Shown piece after piece: positions 10,052 through 19,111 of a stretch of 64,000 nt of DNA; position 1 is the stretch's first letter, and each line of letters begins with the position of its first letter. The stretch is from assembly GCA_963828165.1 (NCBI GenBank), contig CAWHDR010000001.1, positions 288,001 through 352,000 on the forward strand, written 5' to 3'. The DNA comes from an uncultured Chloroflexia bacterium. GTDB lineage: Bacteria > Chloroflexota > Limnocylindria > Limnocylindrales > CSP1-4. The notes beneath the pieces are model-generated. The model was not told the origin of the DNA, ran no database searches, and worked only from the letters and a program-made list of their open reading frames with translations. Made by a program: the position numbers and the translations under genes.

Positions 10052-11782
10052 TCAGCGGCGAGGGGGCACGCAGTCCTCGCCAGCACCGCGCGCGGCGTTC
10101 CACAGGCCGCGCCGGGCGCCTTCGAGCCGATCCAGCCCGGCCATGGCCGACGACTCGACCTCCCGCCCGACACGTTCGCGAACCTCCCTGGCCAGCACCC
10201 GCGCCCAGCGCCGGCCGAGCCATCCCGCGTGGGCGCCAAGCATCCGAGCGATGAGATACCCCGCCAGCAGGGCCGCCACGAGAACGATGAAGGGGATCGG
10301 CAGCTGACCGAGGATCGGCACGCTGACCGAGTCGACGGGGAACTTGATGAGCACCCACAGGACCACCCATACACCGGCGAAGATCAGGGCCAGCGTGGCC
10401 ACGGTCTGCAGGAGCCCGATGACCGTCCAGAGACGGCTCGTGGGCACGTCGGTCCCGCGCGTGGAGATCGCCCGGTCCACGGCCCGTGCCAGGTTCGTTC
10501 CGACCGATCTCGGTTCCATGCTCGTGGCGAGCGAGGCGCGAACGGCGGGCGGGGCGTCTCGTAGCGGCGCCTCGACCGCGCGGCGAAGGACATCGAGCGC
10601 GGGCGCGAGCGAGCCGCGGTCCCGCCAACGGGACAGGAAGGCAACCGGATCTGCGACCCGTGCCTGCCGGCCCGACCATCGGTAGATCCGCGAGGTGACC
10701 CCGGCAAGTGGCCCCGCTCCCCTGGCCCGAGCCCGCGCGCGGGTCGCCGCCACGGCCTGGCGCTCGGCCGCGGGCAGGTCTACGACGCGCAGCACCTCGT
10801 CGGTGACACGGTCGCTCGTGGCCCGTCGCGACGCCCCGTCGAGGAACGGCTTCGCCCTCGCCGTCGAGTCCACGCCGGCCGTGCTGGCCAGTGCGGTCAC
10901 CGCGGCGGCGATCGAGGTGACCAGGTGCGCTCGAACCACGCGCTTGGCCTCGACGGCGCCGGCGAGCCATTCACGCAGCGGGTCGATGCCGCCGGCATCT
11001 GATCCACGCGCCGAGGTCAGCAGGACCGGGACCCGGAAGCCGCGAGCGCCGCCTCGTGCCATCGCGGCCAGGTCACGCTCAAGGTCGCGCCGGACGCGGG
11101 TGGCGTCGTCGCTCGAGAGGCGGTCGGTCTTGTTGAGCACGACGACCTGCCGCTCCAGCCGAGGCAGCCACGTGGCGAGGAAATCGTCGTGGAGGATCGC
11201 GTCGTGGTACTTCTCCGGATCCGTCACCCAGACAACGGCGTCCACGCGCGGCAGGATCGACTCGACGCGCTGCCGATGCTCCTCCTCGATGGAATCGAGA
11301 TCCGGCAGGTCGAGGATCGCGACGTTCCCGAGCGTTTCCTCCGCATGGTCGCGAACCTCATGATCGGGGATCCCGAGCCATCCCAGGAGACCACCCAGGT
11401 CGGGGCGGCTCGCTCGCGGGACCCACGCAAGCGGGTGGGCCGTTGTCGGGCGGCGCACCGAGGCGTCGCTGACCGGCGATCCGGCAAGGGCATTGAGCAG
11501 GCTGGACTTCCCGACGCCGGTTCCCCCGACGAGGGCAAGGACATAGGTCTCCGCCGGGAACCCGAGACGCCCCGAGACCTCGCCTGCCACGGCCCGGGCG
11601 TCATCGATCGGGACGCCGAGCACGACCGCCGCGGCGATGGCCTCGTCGAGCCGCCGGAGACAGGCGCCGATCCCGTGATCCCCCAGCGACGGGGCCGCCC
11701 AGTCGGGCAGCGTCTGATCGGACAGCGCCGGCACGGCCGAGACCTCGCGCGTGGTGGTTCGAAGCCGCTCGGCGATGCTCAT
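10052..11782 (-). CDS. Dynamin-like GTPase with two C-terminal TM helices
   Basis: G1 GGTGVGKS, G2 RPTT, G3 DLPD, DPEKY, G4 NKTD; hydrophobic hairpin near the C-terminus; start MSIAER overlaps the partner's stop. Confidence 0.82.
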   Translation of the reverse strand: MSIAERLRTTTREVSAVPALSDQTLPDWAAPSLGDHGIGACLRRLDEAIAAAVVLGVPIDDARAVAGEVSGRLGFPAETYVLALVGGTGVGKSSLLNALAGSPVSDASVRRPTTAHPLAWVPRASRPDLGGLLGWLGIPDHEVRDHAEETLGNVAILDLPDLDSIEEEHRQRVESILPRVDAVVWVTDPEKYHDAILHDDFLATWLPRLERQVVVLNKTDRLSSDDATRVRRDLERDLAAMARGGARGFRVPVLLTSARGSDAGGIDPLREWLAGAVEAKRVVRAHLVTSIAAAVTALASTAGVDSTARAKPFLDGASRRATSDRVTDEVLRVVDLPAAERQAVAATRARARARGAGPLAGVTSRIYRWSGRQARVADPVAFLSRWRDRGSLAPALDVLRRAVEAPLRDAPPAVRASLATSMEPRSVGTNLARAVDRAISTRGTDVPTSRLWTVIGLLQTVATLALIFAGVWVVLWVLIKFPVDSVSVPILGQLPIPFIVLVAALLAGYLIARMLGAHAGWLGRRWARVLAREVRERVGREVESSAMAGLDRLEGARRGLWNAARGAGEDCVPPRR

Positions 11783-13629
11783 CCCTGGTTGGGCGCGGCA
11801 ATGTCGACCGCCTCGGCGTCGGCCCGGACCGGTTCGGGCGCGTCGCCGTCGCGTGCTCCCCGGAACAGCCCGAGCGCGTCCATGGGCACGGTGGCCGGCA
11901 GGCGGCGGGTCTCCTCTGCCGCCGCCCGAAGGTCGGCCGCCAGCGTGTCGAGCTCCTCGGGGGCCACGGCAAGCACGTCGAACCGGCGCTGCTCCTCCGC
12001 GAAGGTTTCGACGAGGGCGTCGTCGAGACGCTGGCGGGCTCGCGAGATCAACTCGACCATCGCGGCTTCCCCGAACAGGGCGGCCAGCAGCTTCTGGTTG
12101 AGGAACGCCGTGGCGGCAGCCACACCGACCTCCGTCCCGGTCAGGCCGGCGGTATGGATGAACGATGCGAGCATGACCCCCACGCCGATGGCATTGACCC
12201 CGATCGAGGCGCCGCGCGCGAGGCGTCGCTTCCCCGCCCCGGTCTCGGCGATGTCGGTGCCGATGGACGCGATCCAGTCGTCCAGCCGGGCGCGCAGGCG
12301 CTCGTCGAAGCCCGCCGACGGGGCCCACAAGGCCGGGTCGGCCGCGACGGCATCGGCCACGGCACGTGTCTCAGACCAGGCCGAGGCGGTCCGGCGCGCA
12401 GCTTCCGCAGCATGGAGCCGAGCCAGTGCAACCAGGTCGTCCGTCGTGGCCTCGCGGATCTCGGCGACTGGCGCCGTGGAGGGCCGGAAGATGCTCGCGA
12501 TCGCACCGCGGACCGCCCCGATCCCCCGCGAGAAGATGCGCGTGATGTCGTCGGCGCCGACGTAGTCCTGCCAGTGCCGAAGCGCCTCTTCGCGAAGGAA
12601 CGTGCCGTGGCTCACCGCGTCGCGGACCGCGGCGAGCGCGCGGTGGTGGTGGGTCGCGGCAAGCCGGCGGTCCGCAGCCGCGTCGATCGCCTCGTGGGCG
12701 GCGTCGTCGGCGACCTGGTCGAGGAGCGGGCCCAGGCCCGCCAATGAACCGGCGAGCGCCCGCGCGGCAAGCTCCAGACGAGCCTCGCGGTCCGCCCGCA
12801 GGTGCTCGATCCGGGCGGTCACAGGCGCGACCGCCGCCGCCCCGAGCGCCTCCTGCGCGGGATCGATATCGCCTTCCGTGACGCCCACCACCTCGAGGGC
12901 CACCTCCGACTCCTCGTCGGCTGGCCGCCCACCGAGGCCAGCCTCGGCGAACAGGCGCGCGACGTCGTCCAGCACCTCGCGCCGGTCGTCGGCTTCGTCC
13001 GGCAGGCGGTTCACGACCACGACGAGCGGCAGGCCCCGCTCCCGGACACGACCGAGCACCAGCCACGGGACCCGATCCGCGTAGCGGGTCGCCGTCGTCA
13101 CGAACAGGCACAGGTCGGCCGCTTCGACCAGCTGGTCGGCGAGATCACGGTTGGCATGCTCGACGCTGTCGATGTCGGGGGCGTCAACGAGGGCGAGGCC
13201 CGGGGAGACGTTCGGATCCTCCTCGATCCGGAGCCGGCGGGGCTCGATCCGCGAGAGCGTGCCTCCCCGCAGGGCCAGCGCGTCGTCCGGGTGGGCAAGG
13301 ACGATGGCCGTCCGGGTCGTCGGCCGGAGGACGCCCGTGGGGCTGGCCGCACGTCCCGCGATCGTGTTGAACAGGGTGCTCTTGCCGGCTCCCGTCGGAC
13401 CGAGGAGGAGCACGACCAGGGGTGCGTCGAGGCTGCGGGCGCGGACGCGGACATGGCCCGCGAGGTGATCGCGCAGCCGCGCCGCGCGAGTGCGGGCGGC
13501 ATCCGATGCCGGACGCAGCGCCGATCGCCGACCGGCGAGCTGCTCGATCCGGTCGACGAGCTCTCTGAGGCCGGTGGCCTGAACCCCCGGATCGGCCGCC
13601 TGCGCCTGGGTGCGGTCATCCACCGTCAC
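11779..13629 (-). CDS. Dynamin-like GTPase
   Basis: G1 GPTGAGKS, RPTT, DAPDIDS, FVTTATRYAD, VVNR; long helical C-terminal region. Confidence 0.82.
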   Translation of the reverse strand: MTVDDRTQAQAADPGVQATGLRELVDRIEQLAGRRSALRPASDAARTRAARLRDHLAGHVRVRARSLDAPLVVLLLGPTGAGKSTLFNTIAGRAASPTGVLRPTTRTAIVLAHPDDALALRGGTLSRIEPRRLRIEEDPNVSPGLALVDAPDIDSVEHANRDLADQLVEAADLCLFVTTATRYADRVPWLVLGRVRERGLPLVVVVNRLPDEADDRREVLDDVARLFAEAGLGGRPADEESEVALEVVGVTEGDIDPAQEALGAAAVAPVTARIEHLRADREARLELAARALAGSLAGLGPLLDQVADDAAHEAIDAAADRRLAATHHHRALAAVRDAVSHGTFLREEALRHWQDYVGADDITRIFSRGIGAVRGAIASIFRPSTAPVAEIREATTDDLVALARLHAAEAARRTASAWSETRAVADAVAADPALWAPSAGFDERLRARLDDWIASIGTDIAETGAGKRRLARGASIGVNAIGVGVMLASFIHTAGLTGTEVGVAAATAFLNQKLLAALFGEAAMVELISRARQRLDDALVETFAEEQRRFDVLAVAPEELDTLAADLRAAAEETRRLPATVPMDALGLFRGARDGDAPEPVRADAEAVDIAAPNQG

Positions 13630-13878
13630 AGGGTCACCCCGGCGCGCCGCGCGCACACCGCAGAAGCCCGGCCCGCTCTTTCGGTTCTGTTGCAGACCAC
13701 GGTCATGGATTCCAGGTCATTTGACGTAGCGAAGGTGGTCATCCGTCGACAAATCGCCCCTCGAGCCCCGATCGGTTGAAGGAATGGCCGGCCGGCCGGC
13801 TCATACGTGATGAACCGGCGACCCCGCCGGATCAGAGGACAGGGCACCACGGTGCCGGATCAAGAAGGAACCATCGAA

Positions 13879-14544
13879 ATGACAACCCGAGTGCAGGATC
13901 GCCCGAACCGGTCCACGCAGAGTACCCTCCTCGCGTCGATCGCGGCCGGCGTAGCCCTCGCCGCCGTCGTGGCGTTCACGGCGTTTGGCAGTGGCGGGGA
14001 CGGTAACGACGACCCGGTCGTTGCCCCGATCGCGAACCCGAGCCCGAGTCCGACCGCGCCGGTCACGCCGGTTCCCGTCCCGATCGAGACGCCGGCGCCC
14101 GCGCCGGTTGCGGTCCCGGACGAGACTCCGGCGCCGACAGACGCTTCCGAAGACGGCGGCTCCGACGCCATGCCGATCACGGTAGAGCTCGAGACCGCGA
14201 CGGGCGCGGACGTCTATGTCGACATCGCCGACACCACGGGCCTCCTCGTTGACGCGCGATCCGGAACGCCCGGCGAGGGCATGTCGGTGGAGACGCTCGT
14301 GGCCGAGAACGTCGATGCGACGACGCTGAAGCTGACGTGGGCCGATTTCCCGATCGACAACGCGCTGGCCCTCTACATCGACGAACACGAAGGTGGCATC
14401 CGCCTCCTGCTGGTCCAGCCGGAGCCCAGTGGCCCGGCCGATGCCATCGGGTTCGACCGGGAGCTGATCCTGACATTCTCGGAGCCGATCTCCGCCGACG
14501 ACGTCGAGACCCTCCTCGTCGAAGGGCTCGACACCCCGGGCTGA
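13879..14544 (+). CDS. Membrane-anchored/secreted hypothetical protein with Pro/Thr-rich linker
   Basis: AAGGA RBS, N-terminal hydrophobic helix, PSPSPTAP linker, acidic domain. Confidence 0.7.
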   Translation: MTTRVQDRPNRSTQSTLLASIAAGVALAAVVAFTAFGSGGDGNDDPVVAPIANPSPSPTAPVTPVPVPIETPAPAPVAVPDETPAPTDASEDGGSDAMPITVELETATGADVYVDIADTTGLLVDARSGTPGEGMSVETLVAENVDATTLKLTWADFPIDNALALYIDEHEGGIRLLLVQPEPSGPADAIGFDRELILTFSEPISADDVETLLVEGLDTPG

Positions 14545-14561
14545 TCGTGCGACCCGAAGAT

Positions 14562-14590
14562 GCCCGCTCCGACCGCCAGTCGGGGCGGGC
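14562..14590. terminator. Hairpin terminator between convergent genes
   Basis: GCCCGCTCCGAC-cgcca-GTCGGGGCGGGC followed by a pyrimidine run. Confidence 0.65.
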
Positions 14591-14599
14591 TCTCTCGTT

Positions 14600-15013
14600 C
14601 TAGATCGCGCGCATCCGGTTGTTCTTCGGGTCGTGCGTGACCTCCGCCAGCCCGAGCGCCTCCATCAAGGGCGGCATGTACACACCGAACCGGCCGCGAA
14701 GGCCCTTCTTGAGGCCGTACCAGCCGCCGAGCGGGTTGTCGGCGGAGCGGCCCCAAGCCTCGACGCTCCCCTCGGGCGCCGGCTTCTGCTCGTCAGCACC
14801 GCCAAGCGGCACCCAGTCGCCCTGCTCCTTGAGCATGCGATGGAGGTCGTCGATCGCCCGCGCGTCGTAGAGGAGGCGGGTCCCGCCGACCTGGCACACG
14901 ATGGCCGGAGGGTCGGCGGCATCGTCTCGATACATCTGGTATTCCGACGTCCCCGGAGGTGTCTTGAGGACCCACGGATCGTCCTTGGTGCCGCTGCCGC
15001 TGAAATTCGCCAT
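14600..15013 (-). CDS. Conserved hypothetical protein (DUF6855-like)
   Basis: GSGTKDDPWVLKTPPG, GGWYGLKKGLRGRFGVY, NNRMRA; GGAGG RBS. Confidence 0.8.
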   Translation of the reverse strand: MANFSGSGTKDDPWVLKTPPGTSEYQMYRDDAADPPAIVCQVGGTRLLYDARAIDDLHRMLKEQGDWVPLGGADEQKPAPEGSVEAWGRSADNPLGGWYGLKKGLRGRFGVYMPPLMEALGLAEVTHDPKNNRMRAI

Positions 15014-15107
15014 GGTGCGTGCCTCCCCTGCGTACCGATCACCCGACCGGAGCCCTCAGGCTAGCAGCACGCGTAAACCGTCAGGGCGGTTCCAGGACGC
15101 CTCGGGG

Positions 15108-15591
15108 CTACCTGTTCGAAGTGCCGGAGAGAGCCGGCACCCCGGAAGCGCCGCCGAGGAACACCCGTAACTCCGTAGCCAGCTTCTCCGGGATCTCCTC
15201 CGCCATGTGGTGACCCGACGCGACCTCGTGTCCCCGGACGTCGTCCGCCCACGCGCGCCAGATCGCGAGCGGGTCGCCGTACAGGTCGCCGAGGTCGTCG
15301 TCCGCCGCCCATAGCACGAGGACCGGCGCTGCAACCTTCCGGCCAGCGGCCCTGTCGGCGTCATCGGCCGACCGATCGACCCCCAGGCCGGCCCGGTAGT
15401 CCTCCATCATCGCGTGGACCGTGGCCGGGTCGTGGATGGCGCGGCGGTAGTCCTCGTGGTTCTCGATGCCCATCGCGACCGGGTCGTTCTGGACCATGCA
15501 GCAGCAAGACGGGTGGTCCGGCGCCGGCACGCCGCACGCGCAGGACGACCTCGCCCACGTCGACGCGGTCGAGGGTGAAGCCGTCGAACAC
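15108..15591 (-). pseudogene. Alpha/beta hydrolase (haloacetate dehalogenase-like) with internal deletion
   Basis: N-terminus MFDGF...GPPVLLLHG joins out of frame near 15492 to the C-terminus AMMEDYRAG...GHHMAEE; the nucleophile region is missing. Confidence 0.8.
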
Positions 15592-15636
15592 GCGCTCAGG
15601 GTCGGGGTCGAGGCGCGGGGCGTTGGCGTCGGCGCT

Positions 15637-15822
15637 CTAGCTCTTCTTGCGGTCTCCGCGGTCCCCCTGCCCAGGCTTGGCCGTGGCCTTGGCCTGCTGG
15701 CGCTGGTCGGCGGCCAGGGATCGGCCAACCTCCACCTGGTCGGTCGTGAACCTGCCCTGGTCGTCGCGTCGGATGTAGCGCTTGCTGGTGCCGGTGTCGA
15801 GGAGTTCGCGTTGGCCTGGCAT
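15637..15822 (-). CDS. Small basic hydrophilic hypothetical protein (61 aa)
   Basis: GGAGG RBS before MPGQRELLDTGTSKRYIRRDDQGRF...GQGDRGD. Confidence 0.7.
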   Translation of the reverse strand: MPGQRELLDTGTSKRYIRRDDQGRFTTDQVEVGRSLAADQRQQAKATAKPGQGDRGDRKKS

Positions 15823-15916
15823 GAGAGCCTCCATGCTGTTCCCCGTCATGGTCGGCCGCGGACCGATTCGCGCATCCGACCCCCGGCCGGGACCGGCATT
15901 GCATCGCGCTTGCGGG

Positions 15917-18900
15917 TCAGGCGGCGTCCGACCCCGCGGCGAGGAGGAGCGTGGCAAGATCCCCGGCAGCCAGCGGGCGTGCGAAGAGGTACCCCTGGCC
16001 TAGCTTGGCGCCCAGGCGCACGAGGCGATCGAGTTGCTCTTCGGTCTCCACTCCCTCGGCGACGGTCTCGAGATGCAGGGTCTGCCCGATCTTCACGATG
16101 GAGCGGACCAGGGCCGCAGCCTGGCGCGACGTCCCGATGTCCGCGATGAACGAGCGATCGATCTTGAGCACGTCGATCGGCAGTCGGGACAGGTAGCTCA
16201 GCGACGAATAGCCAGTGCCGAAGTCGTCGATGGCGATCTGCACGCCCAGCGCCTTGAGGCCTTCCAATGCTGCCAGGCTCGCCCCGGCTTCCTCGACCAG
16301 GACGCCCTCCGTGATCTCGAGCGTCAGGTCTGCGGGTTCGAGACCGGACTCTTCGAGCGCCAGCTGGACGTGCTCGATGATCGAGCCGTGGAGCAGCTGA
16401 CGCGGCGAGATGTTGACGCTGAGTCGCAGGTCGTCGGGACCGTCGGCGGACGCGCGCCAGCCCTGGACCGTCCGGCAGGCCTCCACCAGGATCCATCGGC
16501 CAAGCGGCACGATGAGGTCGGCCGCTTCGGCAAGCGGGATGAACTGGGTCGGCTCGACGGCGCCGCGCGTCGGGTGCTTCCAACGTGCGAGCGCCTCGAC
16601 ACCGACGATCCGCCGCGTCGCCATCTCGACGATCGGCTGGTAGGCGACCGTGAGGTCGCCCCCGTCGATCGCCTGCTTGAGGTCGGCGCGCAGCTCGATC
16701 TCCGCCAGCCCCTCGCCCGCCATCGAGGCGTCGTAGATCTGCCACACCCCCTTGCCCCGGCCCTTGGCCGTGTACATCGCCGCGTCCGCCTCGCGAAGCA
16801 CGGCAGCGGCCTCCGACCCGGGGTGCCCGAACGCCAGTCCGATGCTGGCACGCGCGGTGATGCGGTGGCTCGCGATCTCGAATGGCGGCAGGAACGCCGC
16901 GATGATGCGGTCCGCCACGCGCGTCGCTTCCTCCTGGGTCGTCTGCTCCAGCAGGACCGCGAACTCGTCGCCGCCCAACCTGGCCGCCGTGTCACTGGCC
17001 CGGACGAGCTCGCCCAGACGACGCGCGACCTCGATGAGGAGGCCGTCGCCCGCCGCGTGGCCCAGCCCGTCGTTGATGAGCTTGAAGTCGTCGACGTCGA
17101 AGAAGATGACGCCGACGGCTGCCTCGTCACGCCGCAGGAGCGCGTGGTCGAGGCGATCGGTGAACAACGCGCGATTGGCGAGCCCCGTGAGTGAATCGTG
17201 GAACGCCTGGTGGCGGAGCTCGTCCTCGAGTCGCCGACGCTCGGTGATATCGTGGATCAACGCGCTGTAGTGCTGGGTGCCGCGGACCCGGACCGGCCAG
17301 ATGGTCAGTTCGACCGGGAAGCGCCGGTCGGCCCGGTCCATGGCGGTGACCTCGACCCGGCGGCCGATCAACGGGCCGGTCCCGGTCGCGCTGAACCGGC
17401 GGAGGCCGGTTTCGTGGGCCGCGCGCTGCTCCTCGGGGATGATGAGCTCGCTCAGGCGCATCCCCATCGCGTCGTCGCGTGACCAGCCGAACGTCTCGGT
17501 AGCACGCTCGTTCCAGTCCGTCACACAGCCCTCGCCGTCGATGGCGACATAGGCCGAGCTCGCGGTGTCGATGATCCGGCGCTGCTGTTCCTCGCTCGCG
17601 CGGACCGCCTCCTCGGCCTCCGTCTGTGCGGTGACGTCCATCAGCACGCCGTGGGACTGCAGGCGGCCATCGGGCAGTCGATGCAGGGTGGCCTCGTCGC
17701 GCACCCAGATCTCCCGCCCATCCCGGTTGCGGATGCGGAACGTCTGGTGCAGCGGCTCCCCGCTCATGAAGTGGACGTTCTCGGCCGTCGTGATCTTGGC
17801 AAGGTCGTCCGGATGAACGCGCTCGTACCAGAGCTCGGGATCGCTCATCAGTTCGGCCGGCGTGTAGGACAGCAGGTCGACCGCCTGCGGGCTGACGTAG
17901 GTCAGCGCCGAGCGGGGGGACTCGGCCGTCCGCCGCTCGTCGATGTAGACCATGGCGGGGATCCGCTCGATCAGCCTGCGGTGCCTCGCCTCGGCCGCGG
18001 AGAGGTGCTCCGCGGATGCCTCGGCCTCGCGGACGGCGTTCGTTCGTTCGCGAACCAGCAGCACCTGGCGGATCACTGCGGTGACGATCACGGCCCAGCC
18101 GAGGGGTCGGACGAGCAGGTTCTCGTCGCTCGTCGTCGTGGAGGCGACCAGGCACGCCACCGCGACGGCTACCGCGCCGAGCGGCAAGGCGTCGCGAAAG
18201 AACGTCGCCAGGCGGACGCTCTGCCACTCAACCCGGGACTCGAGTCGGAACGTGGCGCCGGCCAGACCGATGGCCATCGCTCCGATCGAGAACAGGTAGT
18301 TCGACCAGTGCCCGGGCGGCGTGATCACCGGGGCGGCGGCGACCCACTGCAGGTATCCGATGCCGTAGAGGAACGTTCCGATCAACAGGGCATAGAGCCC
18401 GCCGTCGCGAACCCGCGCCCGCGTCGCGAGTGCGGCGATGAGGCCGGCGCCCGAAATGGACAGGCACGTGATCGGGAAGCTCAGGAGCAAGGCCCCCGCG
18501 AGGAAGTCGTGGTCCGTGACGAGATACCCGAACAGCAACGTCACCACGGTCGCGATGGCGAGGAACGTGATCACGCAATCCAGGTAGAGGCCGAGCCGCT
18601 CGCGTCGATCGACCGCGTGCCGGACCGCGAGATCGAGCGCGAGCACGGCCGGGACCATGACCGCAAACGTCAGCAGGTCCGACGGAGATGGCACGACGAC
18701 GACGCCGAGCATGCCCTGGGTCAACCAGGCGATCTGGGCGCCGAGCCAGATACCGGACACCGCGGCGAGCCTGGCCCGGATCCGGCGTTCGAGACCGACC
18801 GAGGCACGGAAGCCGCGGAATGCGAGCGCGAAGCCCACCGCGTAGAACGCCGTCCAGTGCACGTTCTCCCAGAGGACGGCCTGTCCGTTGAGATCGACGA

Positions 18901-19012
18901 CCGTCAGGAGGGCAGCGCCCAGGCCGAGTGCCACGGCCACGACGATGCCGAACGCCCAGCGAGTCGAACGAGGAACCGCCGCGGGGGGAGCGGAGGGGTT
19001 CAGGGTGGCCAT
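15917..19012 (-). CDS. Membrane-bound PAS-PAS-GGDEF-EAL diguanylate cyclase/phosphodiesterase
   Basis: Multi-TM N-terminus, two PAS/PAC domains, intact RLGGDEF, GVEALARW, DDFGTGYSS. Confidence 0.93.
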   Translation of the reverse strand: MATLNPSAPPAAVPRSTRWAFGIVVAVALGLGAALLTVVDLNGQAVLWENVHWTAFYAVGFALAFRGFRASVGLERRIRARLAAVSGIWLGAQIAWLTQGMLGVVVVPSPSDLLTFAVMVPAVLALDLAVRHAVDRRERLGLYLDCVITFLAIATVVTLLFGYLVTDHDFLAGALLLSFPITCLSISGAGLIAALATRARVRDGGLYALLIGTFLYGIGYLQWVAAAPVITPPGHWSNYLFSIGAMAIGLAGATFRLESRVEWQSVRLATFFRDALPLGAVAVAVACLVASTTTSDENLLVRPLGWAVIVTAVIRQVLLVRERTNAVREAEASAEHLSAAEARHRRLIERIPAMVYIDERRTAESPRSALTYVSPQAVDLLSYTPAELMSDPELWYERVHPDDLAKITTAENVHFMSGEPLHQTFRIRNRDGREIWVRDEATLHRLPDGRLQSHGVLMDVTAQTEAEEAVRASEEQQRRIIDTASSAYVAIDGEGCVTDWNERATETFGWSRDDAMGMRLSELIIPEEQRAAHETGLRRFSATGTGPLIGRRVEVTAMDRADRRFPVELTIWPVRVRGTQHYSALIHDITERRRLEDELRHQAFHDSLTGLANRALFTDRLDHALLRRDEAAVGVIFFDVDDFKLINDGLGHAAGDGLLIEVARRLGELVRASDTAARLGGDEFAVLLEQTTQEEATRVADRIIAAFLPPFEIASHRITARASIGLAFGHPGSEAAAVLREADAAMYTAKGRGKGVWQIYDASMAGEGLAEIELRADLKQAIDGGDLTVAYQPIVEMATRRIVGVEALARWKHPTRGAVEPTQFIPLAEAADLIVPLGRWILVEACRTVQGWRASADGPDDLRLSVNISPRQLLHGSIIEHVQLALEESGLEPADLTLEITEGVLVEEAGASLAALEGLKALGVQIAIDDFGTGYSSLSYLSRLPIDVLKIDRSFIADIGTSRQAAALVRSIVKIGQTLHLETVAEGVETEEQLDRLVRLGAKLGQGYLFARPLAAGDLATLLLAAGSDAA

Positions 19013-19111
19013 AGATGGTCGTGACCGTACGCTGGGACGACGCAGCCTACCACGGCCCATTTGGCCTACCGCCGTGCGGCATTCACCGTCGGATCACCCT
19101 GGCTGGGGCGC

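Noticed and set aside
13777-13807. ECF sigma promoter (GAAGGAA...CTCATAC) before the 13879 gene
   Set aside because: Plausible, but a single instance with no cognate sigma gene in the window
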